A stretch of 64,000 nucleotides of DNA from Piromyces finnis finn. Taxonomy: Eukaryota; Fungi; Neocallimastigomycota. Location: positions 1,612,001 to 1,676,000 of the forward strand of contig MCFH01000001.1 of the NCBI GenBank assembly GCA_002104945.1, read 5' to 3'. The notes below the pieces were generated by a model. The model was not told where the DNA came from and ran no database searches. It worked only from the letters and a program-made list of their open reading frames with translations. Of the stretch, positions 53,024 to 64,000 are shown one piece after another; position 1 is the stretch's first letter, and every line of letters begins with the position of its first letter. Position numbers and translations under genes: made by a program.

Positions 53024-56000
53024 TTAGATTAGGGTATTAGATGATGAAGCTGGTGAAAGTATAAGATCTTTTTGTGAAAAGTCAATAGATGGAGTTGGTG
53101 AAGAAGGTGGTGGTAAAGAAAAAGATGGAATATATGGTGAAGTTATGGATTTAGAATTAGTTAATTTTAAAAGAAGAGCTTGAAGACGTTGATTTTCTTC
53201 TAAATAAATATTATGAATTTCTTTGTAGTATGAAATTTCTTTTTCTTGTTTAATATTTATTTCGCATTGAGAATTCAGTTGTTGTTGTAAAGTTTTGGCT
53301 TGTTTCTTTTCTTCTTCTAATTCTTCCTGAAGATGATTATTTTCTTCTTTTTGTTTCATTAGAATTCTTTTATGATTAGAAACCTTATGCATAAGTTGAC
53401 GAATTTCATTCATCTTAGCATTAAGTTCATCAGATGTCTTTTTGATCAAAATTTTTTGTTCTTCATTTCTTTTGGTTTCTTCGTCAATTACCCTTAAAAA
53501 TTCATTTTCTTTAGCTTTAATATTTTCTTGTCTATTTCTTATTCCTAATAAAAACTGGCTTACATCAATTTTACGTTTATAATTTCTATAAATTTCCTGG
53601 CCTAAAGATGCTTTCTTATTAATATAAGGGAAATCGTTAATTCTTAAAGATGTACTTGTTCTTTTATTATCAATAAATGGTGATTTAAATTGAAATTGAG
53701 TCGCATGAGGAATATCTACCTCATAATCATTTAAGTTTAAGCCTGATCTAACTTGCATTATTTTATTATTATTTTCTTTTGGAGTATTTGATTCAAAGAG
53801 TAAAGGCATTTCTGAGGAAAATCCAGCCCTATTATTTAGATTTTCATTTTTACCATTCCTTTCTTCATGAAAAGGTGATGGTGGTGGTGTAATAAAACCA
53901 TTGTTTATTTTGATTAAATTATCTGCATAATTACTGAATATACAATCTAAAGAATCTTTTGAAACTGTATTTATTGACTCATTATAATCTTCAGTACTAT
54001 TGATAGTTTTATTGTCAGTAACTATATTATTCGGTGACGAATTGTCAATCATATTTATTGTATTTTTAATATTTTCTTTCGACGGTAATTTTTGGGATAT
54101 TGAAGTCGACAACTGATAATTTTCAATAATAGTTTCCGGTGGGCTTTCTGTGATTATCTCATTTATTGTACTTAGTTTATTTGGGGTTTCATTATTATAA
54201 AAATATATGTCTGAAGAAGAATTAACTTTAGTATTATCTGTACTTTCAAATGATAACGGTTCTTTAGTAGAACAATTATAATATTTTGTATCGGGTCTTT
54301 GGACTTCTTTTATAAGATCAATCTCATTGTCAGAAACAATAGATTTACTTAAATTAATGCTATCACTCTCACTAATAATTTCATCAGTTAAGAGTTCGCT
54401 ATTCTCATTTTTAATAAATTCTGTAAATGAAGAAATAGAAATGATACCACTATCAACATGCTTTAATTGTAATAGAGGGACTTTTTCTTTTACCGAATTA
54501 TGTAACAATAATTCAGGATTTTTATCCTCCGTAGAATTTACATTATTATAGGATTTAACATTTTTAATATTTAATATTAAATTTTGATTCAAATTCTCAT
54601 TTTCTGTTGTTAATAAATGACTTTTTTGATCATCTATAAAATTTTGATATTTTAATATATCTTTTGAAATAACTTGAGTGCCTATTGGATTAATTTCCAC
54701 ACATTTATCTTTATTTTTTGATGATATTACTCCAGCAATATTTTCTTCATAAACAATAGGGAAATCTAATTCATTATTTGATTTCTTATTTGAAATAACA
54801 GTATCTTCTTGAACTTCATCAATCAAAGATATTTTATGATTATCATTTGAGATATTTATTACAGACGAAATTGAAACAGAGTCATCAATAAATAATGAAT
54901 TTGTTTCACTTACTTTACTATTTACAGATTCTGTATTTTTTTCAAGAATTTCCTTATAATCACATTGATTTTCATTATTGAGCGTATCAATATTTAGTTT
55001 TGGATCATATATATCATCTTTTTTAGAAATTGTTAAATTTGATTTAGGTTTTTCATTATTATTAATATTATATTTGATATTACCATCATCATTTTGATAA
55101 TTACCTTTTTTTATTTTATTTTTTCTTTTAAAATAGTATTTTTCATTAGAACTAGAAGAACTTGATAAATAATTAGTATTTGTGTTATATATCTTGTCAT
55201 TAACAACGATTAAAAAAATATTATTATTTTTTTCATCATTATTGTTGTTGTTGTCGTAATTATTATTTTTCATTTTGATATATTTTTTATATTTTTTAAC
55301 ATGTTTAATAAGATTTTTATCAATTTTCTTTTTATTCCTTGATTTTTTATTTTCTTTATTAATAATGAATTCATTATTATTATTAATTATACAATATCCA
55401 TTTTTATGATTAATAATGTTTTTATTATTACATTCACTAGTATTTAAATTAGAATGAGAATAGGGTTCTTGAAAAGGTAATGATTGTTTTTCTTTAATAG
55501 TTTTTACATTTAATAAATTATTACAATGTAATAACGAGCTTGAAGAATTTGATGACCTATCTTTAAATTTTGCTTTTTTTATTAAGTCCTGATTATCTTC
55601 ACTCTTTTTGCATTTATATTTATATTCATTATTATTATTACTTTCTTTATTAATTAAAAGAGGCAATGTTGATCCCATACTCTTATGTTTTTCATTACTA
55701 TTATCTATTTTTGAACTTTTACAAATTTTTTTCTTTTTTTTATTATGTTTACTAGAGACTTTTGATTTACTATGTACTTTATTTTTACTTTTATCTTTTA
55801 TTTTGCAATTGGTGTATTTTTTATTACTAGATAACTTTTTTATTCCATTTTGTTGATAATATATAGTATCTTCATGCTCACTTTCAGAATCATAATGAAT
55901 ATTGTTGCTTTTATTATTGTAATGGCTATATGAAATATTTAATAATTGATTATTGGATTTAGTATAATAATTATCATCATTAATTTGATTACCTAAACTG

Positions 56001-57073
56001 GAAAATAAATTATTTTTTTCATCAATTTTATTATCACCTTTAATATCTTTATTCTTAATATGTGAGGTTTTTGAAGAAGAGTTATTGGAATTTTCATCAT
56101 AGGTATAAACATATTTATCAGAATAATAATTAATATTGGAATAATAATCATAGTTATTATATTTAAATGAGTTATTATTTGTATTTATAGAATTTGCTTT
56201 TATTGAATCAGAAAAACACTTTTCTCCTTCAAATTTATCGCTTTTTGAATCTATTTTATATTTAAGTTTTAATTCTTCAAATCTTTTAAAATGAGGAAAC
56301 TTAAAATTTAACCTTTTTTCTAACGATGAGAGAGATCCACTTTCAGTTGAAAATGATATTGAATCTTCATAATTAAAATTATATGAATCACTTTCTGATA
56401 AGCATTCACTTATAGAAGATTCACTATTTTTTGAACTTTGTGAATTATTTGAAAGATAGTCATAGTTATTTGGAAATTTTAATAAATCATTTTTATCAAC
56501 TATTTTAATACTTTTAATATTTTCTGATTTTTTATTAATAGCTTGGGAATCACTTTTATAATTAATACTTTTGGCAGAAGAAAAACTATTTTTGAACGAA
56601 ATTCTATAATTGTTTTGAGGAATTTCTATCGAGGATTCACTATTACTTGATAGATAATATTCATGATTATTATTATTATTGCTATTATTCCAATTATAAT
56701 TATTAAATTCATTTTCATCAAAAATATGTTTTTGTAATTGTGTTAAAGTGTTATTGTTATTTGATATATAAGATTTATTATTAAAATTTAGTTCTTCATC
56801 AAAATTTGTTTTCACATAAGAGTCTTTAATTTTTATTGATTTTTCAGGATTGTTATTATCATCATCAACCAAACAAATGTTAAACTTTTTAATAATATTT
56901 GGTTGTAATTTTGATACTTTTGAATTCTCATTAAAATTTTCTAACCCATCACTGCCTCTGTTGTTGAAATGATATTTTCTTATATATGTATTATCATTAT
57001 TAATATTATTATTATAATAATAATTAGAATCATTTAATAATAATGAAGCATTGAATTTATTTTTAGTTTCCAT
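53024..57073 (-). CDS. Intronless 1349-aa Asn/Ser/Lys-rich protein with C-terminal coiled-coil domain and Pro/Ser-rich tail; function unknown
   Basis: Uninterrupted 4-kb ORF in stop-rich AT DNA; shares its domain with 50061..51269. Confidence 0.88.
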   Translation of the reverse strand: METKNKFNASLLLNDSNYYYNNNINNDNTYIRKYHFNNRGSDGLENFNENSKVSKLQPNIIKKFNICLVDDDNNNPEKSIKIKDSYVKTNFDEELNFNNKSYISNNNNTLTQLQKHIFDENEFNNYNWNNSNNNNNHEYYLSSNSESSIEIPQNNYRISFKNSFSSAKSINYKSDSQAINKKSENIKSIKIVDKNDLLKFPNNYDYLSNNSQSSKNSESSISECLSESDSYNFNYEDSISFSTESGSLSSLEKRLNFKFPHFKRFEELKLKYKIDSKSDKFEGEKCFSDSIKANSINTNNNSFKYNNYDYYSNINYYSDKYVYTYDENSNNSSSKTSHIKNKDIKGDNKIDEKNNLFSSLGNQINDDNYYTKSNNQLLNISYSHYNNKSNNIHYDSESEHEDTIYYQQNGIKKLSSNKKYTNCKIKDKSKNKVHSKSKVSSKHNKKKKKICKSSKIDNSNEKHKSMGSTLPLLINKESNNNNEYKYKCKKSEDNQDLIKKAKFKDRSSNSSSSLLHCNNLLNVKTIKEKQSLPFQEPYSHSNLNTSECNNKNIINHKNGYCIINNNNEFIINKENKKSRNKKKIDKNLIKHVKKYKKYIKMKNNNYDNNNNNDEKNNNIFLIVVNDKIYNTNTNYLSSSSSSNEKYYFKRKNKIKKGNYQNDDGNIKYNINNNEKPKSNLTISKKDDIYDPKLNIDTLNNENQCDYKEILEKNTESVNSKVSETNSLFIDDSVSISSVINISNDNHKISLIDEVQEDTVISNKKSNNELDFPIVYEENIAGVISSKNKDKCVEINPIGTQVISKDILKYQNFIDDQKSHLLTTENENLNQNLILNIKNVKSYNNVNSTEDKNPELLLHNSVKEKVPLLQLKHVDSGIISISSFTEFIKNENSELLTDEIISESDSINLSKSIVSDNEIDLIKEVQRPDTKYYNCSTKEPLSFESTDNTKVNSSSDIYFYNNETPNKLSTINEIITESPPETIIENYQLSTSISQKLPSKENIKNTINMIDNSSPNNIVTDNKTINSTEDYNESINTVSKDSLDCIFSNYADNLIKINNGFITPPPSPFHEERNGKNENLNNRAGFSSEMPLLFESNTPKENNNKIMQVRSGLNLNDYEVDIPHATQFQFKSPFIDNKRTSTSLRINDFPYINKKASLGQEIYRNYKRKIDVSQFLLGIRNRQENIKAKENEFLRVIDEETKRNEEQKILIKKTSDELNAKMNEIRQLMHKVSNHKRILMKQKEENNHLQEELEEEKKQAKTLQQQLNSQCEINIKQEKEISYYKEIHNIYLEENQRLQALLLKLTNSKSITSPYIPSFSLPPPSSPTPSIDFSQKDLILSPASSSNTLI

Positions 57074-58364
57074 GATTTGTTTAATGAAAATGCGTATATG
57101 TCAAGAGAAAACAAAACAATTATATTGTTATTTGTTTTTATTTTTTAATATATTTTTTTAAAAAATGAACGATTTCTCTAAGAGAAAAAAAAGAAAAAAG
57201 AAATTATATAATATTATAAATAAAATGAATTAATAAATATATACATATATTACAAATAACAGAAATTCTTTTTTTATGTTAAAGAATTAAAAAAAATAAT
57301 AATAATAATAATAGCAAAATCAAACAATGTCATATAAATTGTATATGAATGAAAAATGATAACCAAATTTTAATTTGAGTATATATAAGACTGATAAGAA
57401 ATTTTGATAATCATTTCAAAAATAAAACTACTAAATTTAATATTTATATTGACTATTTAAGAATAAAAAAAGGAATTAAATTTATGTATTTCTATAAGCT
57501 TTTTTATCAATAATTATAAAGATGTATTATTAATTATTTTTTAAAAAAAATAATTTAATTTGATATATTATAAAGAGAATATATAATTTCTTTCTTGCAT
57601 ATTAAAAAAGGATGTTGATTTAGATTATAATGACTACTTTATTTTATTATTATCATTATATCAACAATAAAATCAAATTAATACTTTAATTGGTTACTAA
57701 AGTTTTTATTATCCTTTTCATTCTTTATTCTTTATACAATTAATTGGTTTATAAAAAAAAGTTTTAAAGTTTGCTTTTTATATTAAATTTAAAATTCGTA
57801 ATAATTAATATATTTAATTAACATGGTATATATTGGAATATATTGTAATATATTTCATTTTTGTATAATATATTATTAAAAAAAACTGCCTCCTTTTTTT
57901 AATTTTTTAATTTTTAATGAAAGAAATTTTCCAGCTCTTTTATATTTGAAAGAAAGAAAAATTAAATATAAAATGATTAAATAACTATTTTCTGAAAAGA
58001 TTTTTGTTAGGTAATTCATTATAGTTTTTTTAAAAAATATAACTTAGCAACTTATAGTTTGCATTGATTTCTATAATTATAAATGCTACTAATAATTTCC
58101 TTATAATTATAATAGTTATTAATGTATCTGCATTAGATAATATTAGTTTTCTTAATATTTTAGAGTTATAAAATAATATGAATATATTAAATTTATTCAA
58201 ATTTATTCTACAAGACTTTAGAAAAGTTTAAAAAAAATTTTTGAAAAAAAAAATTGTAATACATTTTAATAATGTATACATAATTTATATGGATTACTTT
58301 TTTTTATATTAAAATTCCAAAAATTTGTATTTTAATAAATATTATCTTTTAATATTTTAACAAG

Positions 58365-59444
58365 ATGGGTTAGTATAGTAAAATTCATTTATCATTATAA
58401 AATAAAATTTCAATGTAGTAGTAAGGATTATATAGATAAATTATAATTTACATATTACTTTTATTTAGTATTATACTAGTAATAATAATCTAAAATTATA
58501 AATTTCAAAAATCAGTCAAAATTTAGAAATCTTATGATATTAAAATTAAAAAATTGCAAATTAAAAATCAATACAAATATCTCATTTTTACTAATTTTTT
58601 ATTATTGTACTTGTTATTATTTTATTTTTTAATAATCATTCCTTTATACTTTAAATTAATATAGCAAGACATCATCCAGGTATACAATTTATTTAATGTT
58701 ATATAATATTATATTAAAAAATTATATAACTAAATTAATTTATAAAATTATTTTATTAATATATTTTTTTATTTAATAGATTTGATTTTTTGCAGAAAAC
58801 AACCAGGCATTGGTATATGACATATATAATAAATAAAAATATTTTTTATTTGAAAAATGTAGTAAAAGATTTTTAACATTCTTGTTATTATATATATATT
58901 TATTATAAGCCATTGGTAGAGTCTGTGAAAAGGTATTAAAATAAGGAGAAAAATATTTATAAATTGTATTTCTTACATAAATAATAACTTTTTAAATTAT
59001 TATGATTAATAATATTTATAATTAGTGTGATGGAAAATGTGTAATTTGTGATTCCTTTGTTAGACCTTGTACTATAGTTCATATTTGTGATGAATGTAAT
59101 TACGGTAGTTATCAAGGAAGATGTGTAGTATGCGGAGGACCAGGTATTTCTGATGCCTACTACTGCAAAGTAAGTTTTAAATTTTATACAGTATAAAAAA
59201 GAATATATATATATATTAATTAATTTTTGAAATTTAAAATTAAATAAAGGAATGTACTATTCAAGAAAAAGATAGAGATGGATGTCCGAAAATGTAAGTT
59301 ATATAATTTAAATCACTAATAATAGAAATTTGTTATTAACTCAAATTATAATTTTTGATATATTAATTTTATAGTGTGAACTTGGGAAGTTCGAAAACAG
59401 ATCTATTTTATGAAAGAAAAAAGTATGGTTTCAAAAAGAGATAG
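58365..59444 (+). CDS. PHF5A: SF3b subunit PHF5A/Rds3, 110 aa. Exons 58365-58368, 58665-58679, 58780-58812, 58910-58932, 59026-59169, 59250-59293, 59375-59444
   Basis: Spliced translation [110 protein letters not shown] is the highly conserved PHF5A sequence. Absent from the ORF track. Confidence 0.98.
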
Positions 59445-59905
59445 ATATGGTCAAGTTTGGTTTTTATTACTTAATAATTTAAACTCAAAAATAAATTCAT
59501 TAAATAATAAGCAAACTTGACCGTTTACAGAATTTCTAATTGTTGGACCTCTTTTATAAAAAATATTATGAATATAATACTTTGAAAAATATATTTATTT
59601 ATTTAAGCAATATTAAGAAACATATTTAATAAAAAAAAAAAATAAAAATAAAAATAAAAATAAGGAAATAATTCAAATGAATTTTATTTTATTTTGTATT
59701 AATATTTAAATAAAAATTTTTTTGATACATTCTCTAGTTAATATTATATTAATTTATTCTATTGTATTTTTTAAATGCTGGTTTAGTTATTTCAGTTTTT
59801 AAAATATAAATAAATAATAAAACTTGTAATCTATAATTTTTTAAAATAATTCAATCTCCATATATTATTATCCTAATTTAATATTTTTTTAATACCAATT
59901 ATGAT

Positions 59906-61375
59906 TTAATATTTAATGATTTTTGAAGATGCTTTCCTAATTCTATTCATAATGGCTAATCCTTCATCAATATCTTCAATACCTTCAACAAAAATAGTAG
60001 AAACATTTAATTTATCTACAAATCTTAGAGCTTTAAATAATTCTTTAGCAATATCTGCTGGAAATTCTCTATCTCCCATAAAATATTCAATATTATTTTC
60101 CCATTGTATACATCTTGAACTGTTGTTTATATAAGTTATTGAATTACATGGTTTACTTTCATCCTTTGTAACTTTGATTTTTTTCTTTGATGATTCATCC
60201 TCTGATAAATGATGATTCTTTTTCCATGTGTCAATAGATTGACTTCTAAGAATACCTATTTTTTTGTTCTTCTTACTTTCGTCATTACTCTTTTTTATTT
60301 TTTCAATTTCTTGCTCAATAATTTTATTTTGTTTTTCAGCTACTGTAGCTAATTTTGAAATTTCTTTATATTGTTCTTCTGATAAAATATTTTCCTTAAA
60401 TACCTTATTACCTTCTTTTAATTTTTGTTCATTTTTATCGTTGGCTTTAGTATCATCGCTTATTGTATTATTTTGAGATTGTAATAATTCATTATATATT
60501 CTTCTTTTTTCTTGATATGTTTTATCTGTGCTATTAACATCAGATTCAATTAAAATAACTTCAGCATCTGGTGAATAATGACGATATTTCATACCTGGTG
60601 TTGTTGGTACTTGTTCTAATTTTTTATCAATAAAATCTCTTCTATATACTTGAATATTTTCCATTCCTGGTACAACTCTTAATTTTTCAAATGTAACACT
60701 TCCTGGTCTTAAAATTGCTGGTGGTATACGTATTCCGTCTAATACTGTTGATTCAACACCCAAATTGCATGCACCTCCATCAATAATTAATGGAATTTTA
60801 CCAGATAAATCATTATATACATGGGATGCTAAAGTAGGTGATGGCTTACCAGAAGAATTAGCAGAAGGTGCAGCTAATGGAAAGCCACATAATGAAATAA
60901 GAGCTCTAGCAATTGGATGTTTTGGAAAGCGAACAGCCATTGTTTGTTGACCACCAGTAACAACATCTGGTACTTTAGAAGATTTTGGTAAAATAATTGT
61001 CAATGGTCCTGGCCAATATTTATTAATGACTGGTATATATTTTTCTGGGATTTTACCATTAGGTAAAAGTTGTTTTAACATCTTTAATGAAGAAATATGA
61101 ATAATTAATGGATTATCTGAAGGTCTATTTTTTGCTTTAAAAATTTTTGGTACAACATTTTTTTCTAGAGCATTTCCTGCTAATCCATATACTGTTTCAG
61201 TTGGAATAGCAACAACTTCACCATCTTTTAACAATTGAGCAGCCTTATTTAATTTTGTTTTAATATCTTCTGTAAAAATATCCATAGATATATCATCCTC
61301 AATATTTGCCATCAATTCTGATGGTATATGTAAATGTTCAAGTTTTTCACATTCAGTTTTGAATAATTGTGTCAT
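59906..61375 (-). CDS. SUA5: Threonylcarbamoyl-AMP synthase Sua5 (YrdC domain plus Sua5 C-terminal domain), intronless, 489 aa
   Basis: Motifs VAIPTETVYGL, KNRPSDNPLIIH, LAAPSANSSG, GVESTV, PGMKYRHYSP and AIMNRIRKAS. Confidence 0.97.
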   Translation of the reverse strand: MTQLFKTECEKLEHLHIPSELMANIEDDISMDIFTEDIKTKLNKAAQLLKDGEVVAIPTETVYGLAGNALEKNVVPKIFKAKNRPSDNPLIIHISSLKMLKQLLPNGKIPEKYIPVINKYWPGPLTIILPKSSKVPDVVTGGQQTMAVRFPKHPIARALISLCGFPLAAPSANSSGKPSPTLASHVYNDLSGKIPLIIDGGACNLGVESTVLDGIRIPPAILRPGSVTFEKLRVVPGMENIQVYRRDFIDKKLEQVPTTPGMKYRHYSPDAEVILIESDVNSTDKTYQEKRRIYNELLQSQNNTISDDTKANDKNEQKLKEGNKVFKENILSEEQYKEISKLATVAEKQNKIIEQEIEKIKKSNDESKKNKKIGILRSQSIDTWKKNHHLSEDESSKKKIKVTKDESKPCNSITYINNSSRCIQWENNIEYFMGDREFPADIAKELFKALRFVDKLNVSTIFVEGIEDIDEGLAIMNRIRKASSKIIKY

Positions 61376-62509
61376 TTTCGGTATATAAATTATTACTGTT
61401 TTTTTTTTTTTTTTATGAAATAAATTAAAAAAAAAATAAATAATTGTCTCTAAGATTTAATCTCTTTTTTTTTTAGAAATTATATATATTAATAATTTAG
61501 AAGTTCGATATCATAAATTAAATATTAATTATATTAATTTATAAATTATACTTAATATTAGTATATATTTCGTAGAAATATGAAAATAAAAAAGAAATAA
61601 TTAAATTGTCTATTAAAAATTTTTTATACGACTATATTTTAAATTAATTGATTTATTATTGTTTTATAGTAATGAATTTTTTTTTATTACTTGACTTAAT
61701 CTATATTATAATAATTCATAAGAAATTTATATATTTTTCATTTTTCTATATTTCTTTTTTTTTATTAAATCATCTTTTATTTAAATTTTTAAATAATATT
61801 TTTCAAATTATTTTTAAAAATAAAATAATAATTATATAGATTTATTATATTAAGATTCCAATTTTAATATAATATATTATTATATGATTGGTTATAAAAT
61901 AAAAAGTAATATATTGTTTCCAGGTTGATTCTCAAATATAGAAATTAATCAATAATAATAATAATAATGTTGGTTATATAAGGATGAAAGCTCTTTAAAA
62001 ATAGTTTTATCAAAAAAAAAAAAAAAAGAAAAGAAAAAAAAATATTTTCTATTTTGAAAATTATAAAAGCAAAAATTTTAAAAAAGGAAATATAAAACGT
62101 TTATATTCTGTTGTATTATGGGATATTAACAATCATATATACATAATCTTTTTATAATTTTTGATATTGTTTATTTTTTTTTATTACTATTGTTTTTATA
62201 CATATATATATATGACGCGTTTAAAATATCTGATATACACATGCATATATATAATTTATACAGTCTTTAATTATATAAGAAAAACTGTATTTATTTAATT
62301 ACATTATATATTAAAATATTAAAATATATCAAAATCAAAACCATTTTATTTTTTTAATATTTTAATTTTAGATTATTATATTAATAGTGATATGTATTGC
62401 TATTATTATACCTATTATCATTTATTTTTGCGTTTTTAAAATAAATTTTTACTTTTTTTTTTTTTTCTTTTGATATAATTAAATTTACTTAATAAGATAA
62501 TTTATATGA

Positions 62510-63543
62510 TTACATATGATATTGTTGATTTTGTTGTTGTGACATATTATTACGTACTAATCCTGGATTAGCTAAGGTGATATCTTGGAAGTATGGATGA
62601 TTTAGGGCATCTCTTGCAGATATTCTTAACTTTGGTTGATATTGAAGCATTTTCTTTAATAAATCAATACCTAATGGGTCGATCATTGGTAATTTTAATG
62701 CAAGATCTTGTTCTGGATAATATGGGAAATTGTTGTTGAATTCTGGTAATTTACTTACAAATGGCCAAGTAATATCATTTGGAGTTCCTAAAAGCTTAAA
62801 TATACGAATTAATTGATCTTCATTAGTTTTTCCTGGGAATAATGGTTTTCCACTGTACATTTCAGCCATAATACAACCAACAGACCATATATCAATATTA
62901 GTTGTATAATTTCTTGAACCTAAAAGAACATCAGGAGCTCTGTACCATAAAGTAACAACTTCGTTTGAAAAAGTATTAACAGGAATACCTATTTAATTAT
63001 TAAGTTATTTGAGTATAAAACACCATTTTTAAGTTTAGTTTTAATTATTTTTATTTTTTTTTAATAATTAAACATTTTACCATAAGCTCTAGCTAAACCA
63101 AAATCACCAATCTTCAATTCACCATTCTTATTAATTAAAAGATTCTGTGGCTTTAAATCTCTATGTAATACTCTATTTTCATGACAATAAGCAATACCTC
63201 TTAAAAGTTGGAACATGAAATGTTTACATAATGATGGTTCTAATGCACCATTAACACCATGACTATCCATATATTTTTTAAGGTCAAGGTCAACAAATTC
63301 GAAAACAAGTGTTAAAATTTTTTCAGTATGAATAACATCGTAAAGTCTTACAATATTAGCATGTCTTAATTCCTTCATTAATGAAATTTCTCTGATAGCA
63401 GTTGATGGAGCACCTTCTTCTGAATCAAGATGAATTTCCTTTAAAGCAACAATATCATTTGTTAATAAATTTTGACCTTTGAATACAGTAGCATAAGTAC
63501 CTTCACCAAGCTTTTCTAATTTTAAATATCTTGTTTCACTCAT
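62510..63543 (-). CDS. PHO85: Cyclin-dependent kinase Pho85 (CDK5-like). Exons 63543-63081 and 62988-62510
   Basis: [52 protein letters not shown]|[23 protein letters not shown]. One phase-1 GT-AG intron joins ORFs 63061 and 62510. Confidence 0.95.
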
Positions 63544-63610
63544 TTCCTAATTTTAAAAATTAAAATAATAAAATATTATTATTCAAAATAGAAAAATTCA
63601 ATTAAATAAA

Positions 63611-64000
63611 ATTTTAAATCAATATATATTATACTAAGAACATAATAATTTCTGTTTATTGTTTTTTTTGTTTTTTTTGTTTTTTTTTTTTTTAATTTTT
63701 TTTTTTTTTTTTTTTTTTTTTTTGTTTTTCTTTTTGTTTTTGTTTTTTGTTTTAATTATTTATTTATTTCTATTAAATTAAGATATTCATCATTTAAACA
63801 TTGAATCATTGTATAATAAATTACTATTTGAATTATCTAAAAAGAAAAAAAAATAAAAGAAATTTTAAAATGATATATATTATACTGAGAACATAATGAA
63901 TTCTATTTGAATATTTATATATTTAAAAGAAATGTTTTTATTATTATTGTTTTTTATTGAATTAAATATCCATCATTAAACATTGAATTATTGTATAATT
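63611..64000. repeat. Imperfect direct duplication upstream of PHO85; the first copy is interrupted by a T/GT-rich microsatellite
   Basis: Block atatatattatact(a/g)agaacataat at about 63622 and 63873; block atat(t/c)catcatt(t)aaacattgaat(c/t)attgtataat at about 63783 and 63966. Confidence 0.75.

Noticed and set aside
58030-58221. About 63-codon open frame on the minus strand
   Set aside because: No start codon, no recognisable motif, and intergenic base composition.
62215-62220. ACGCGT (MCB-like) hexamer between SUA5 and PHO85
   Set aside because: A single copy, 290 bp downstream of the PHO85 stop and 840 bp from the SUA5 ATG; not enough to call a regulatory element.

Overview
Very AT-rich, intron-containing eukaryotic genomic DNA. 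The short A/T-rich introns, poly-Asn tracts, fungal Pho85, SUA5 and GT71 genes, and a flagellar EFCAB10-like gene fit an anaerobic gut fungus (Neocallimastigomycota); this is an inference. I reconstructed 16 protein-coding genes by hand from GT-AG splice sites and reading-frame continuity: ARPC4, an XK-like membrane protein, LSM3, a 7TM-RGS protein, an EFCAB10-like protein, MMS19, a GT71 mannosyltransferase, Lunapark, a Cys-patterned secreted/GPI-like protein, a redox-inactive thioredoxin-fold membrane protein, three adjacent intronless low-complexity genes sharing a coiled-coil domain, PHF5A/RDS3, SUA5 and PHO85. There are also several microsatellites and small duplications. I found no CRISPR array, rRNA, tRNA or recognisable transposon. 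The most interesting observations are (1) a tandem array of three intronless, co-oriented genes sharing a domain I cannot name, (2) a receptor-like protein with XK/scramblase-type motifs, (3) a PDI-like protein whose CxxC is replaced by SxxS on a long repeat stalk, and (4) about one third of introns using AAG acceptors.
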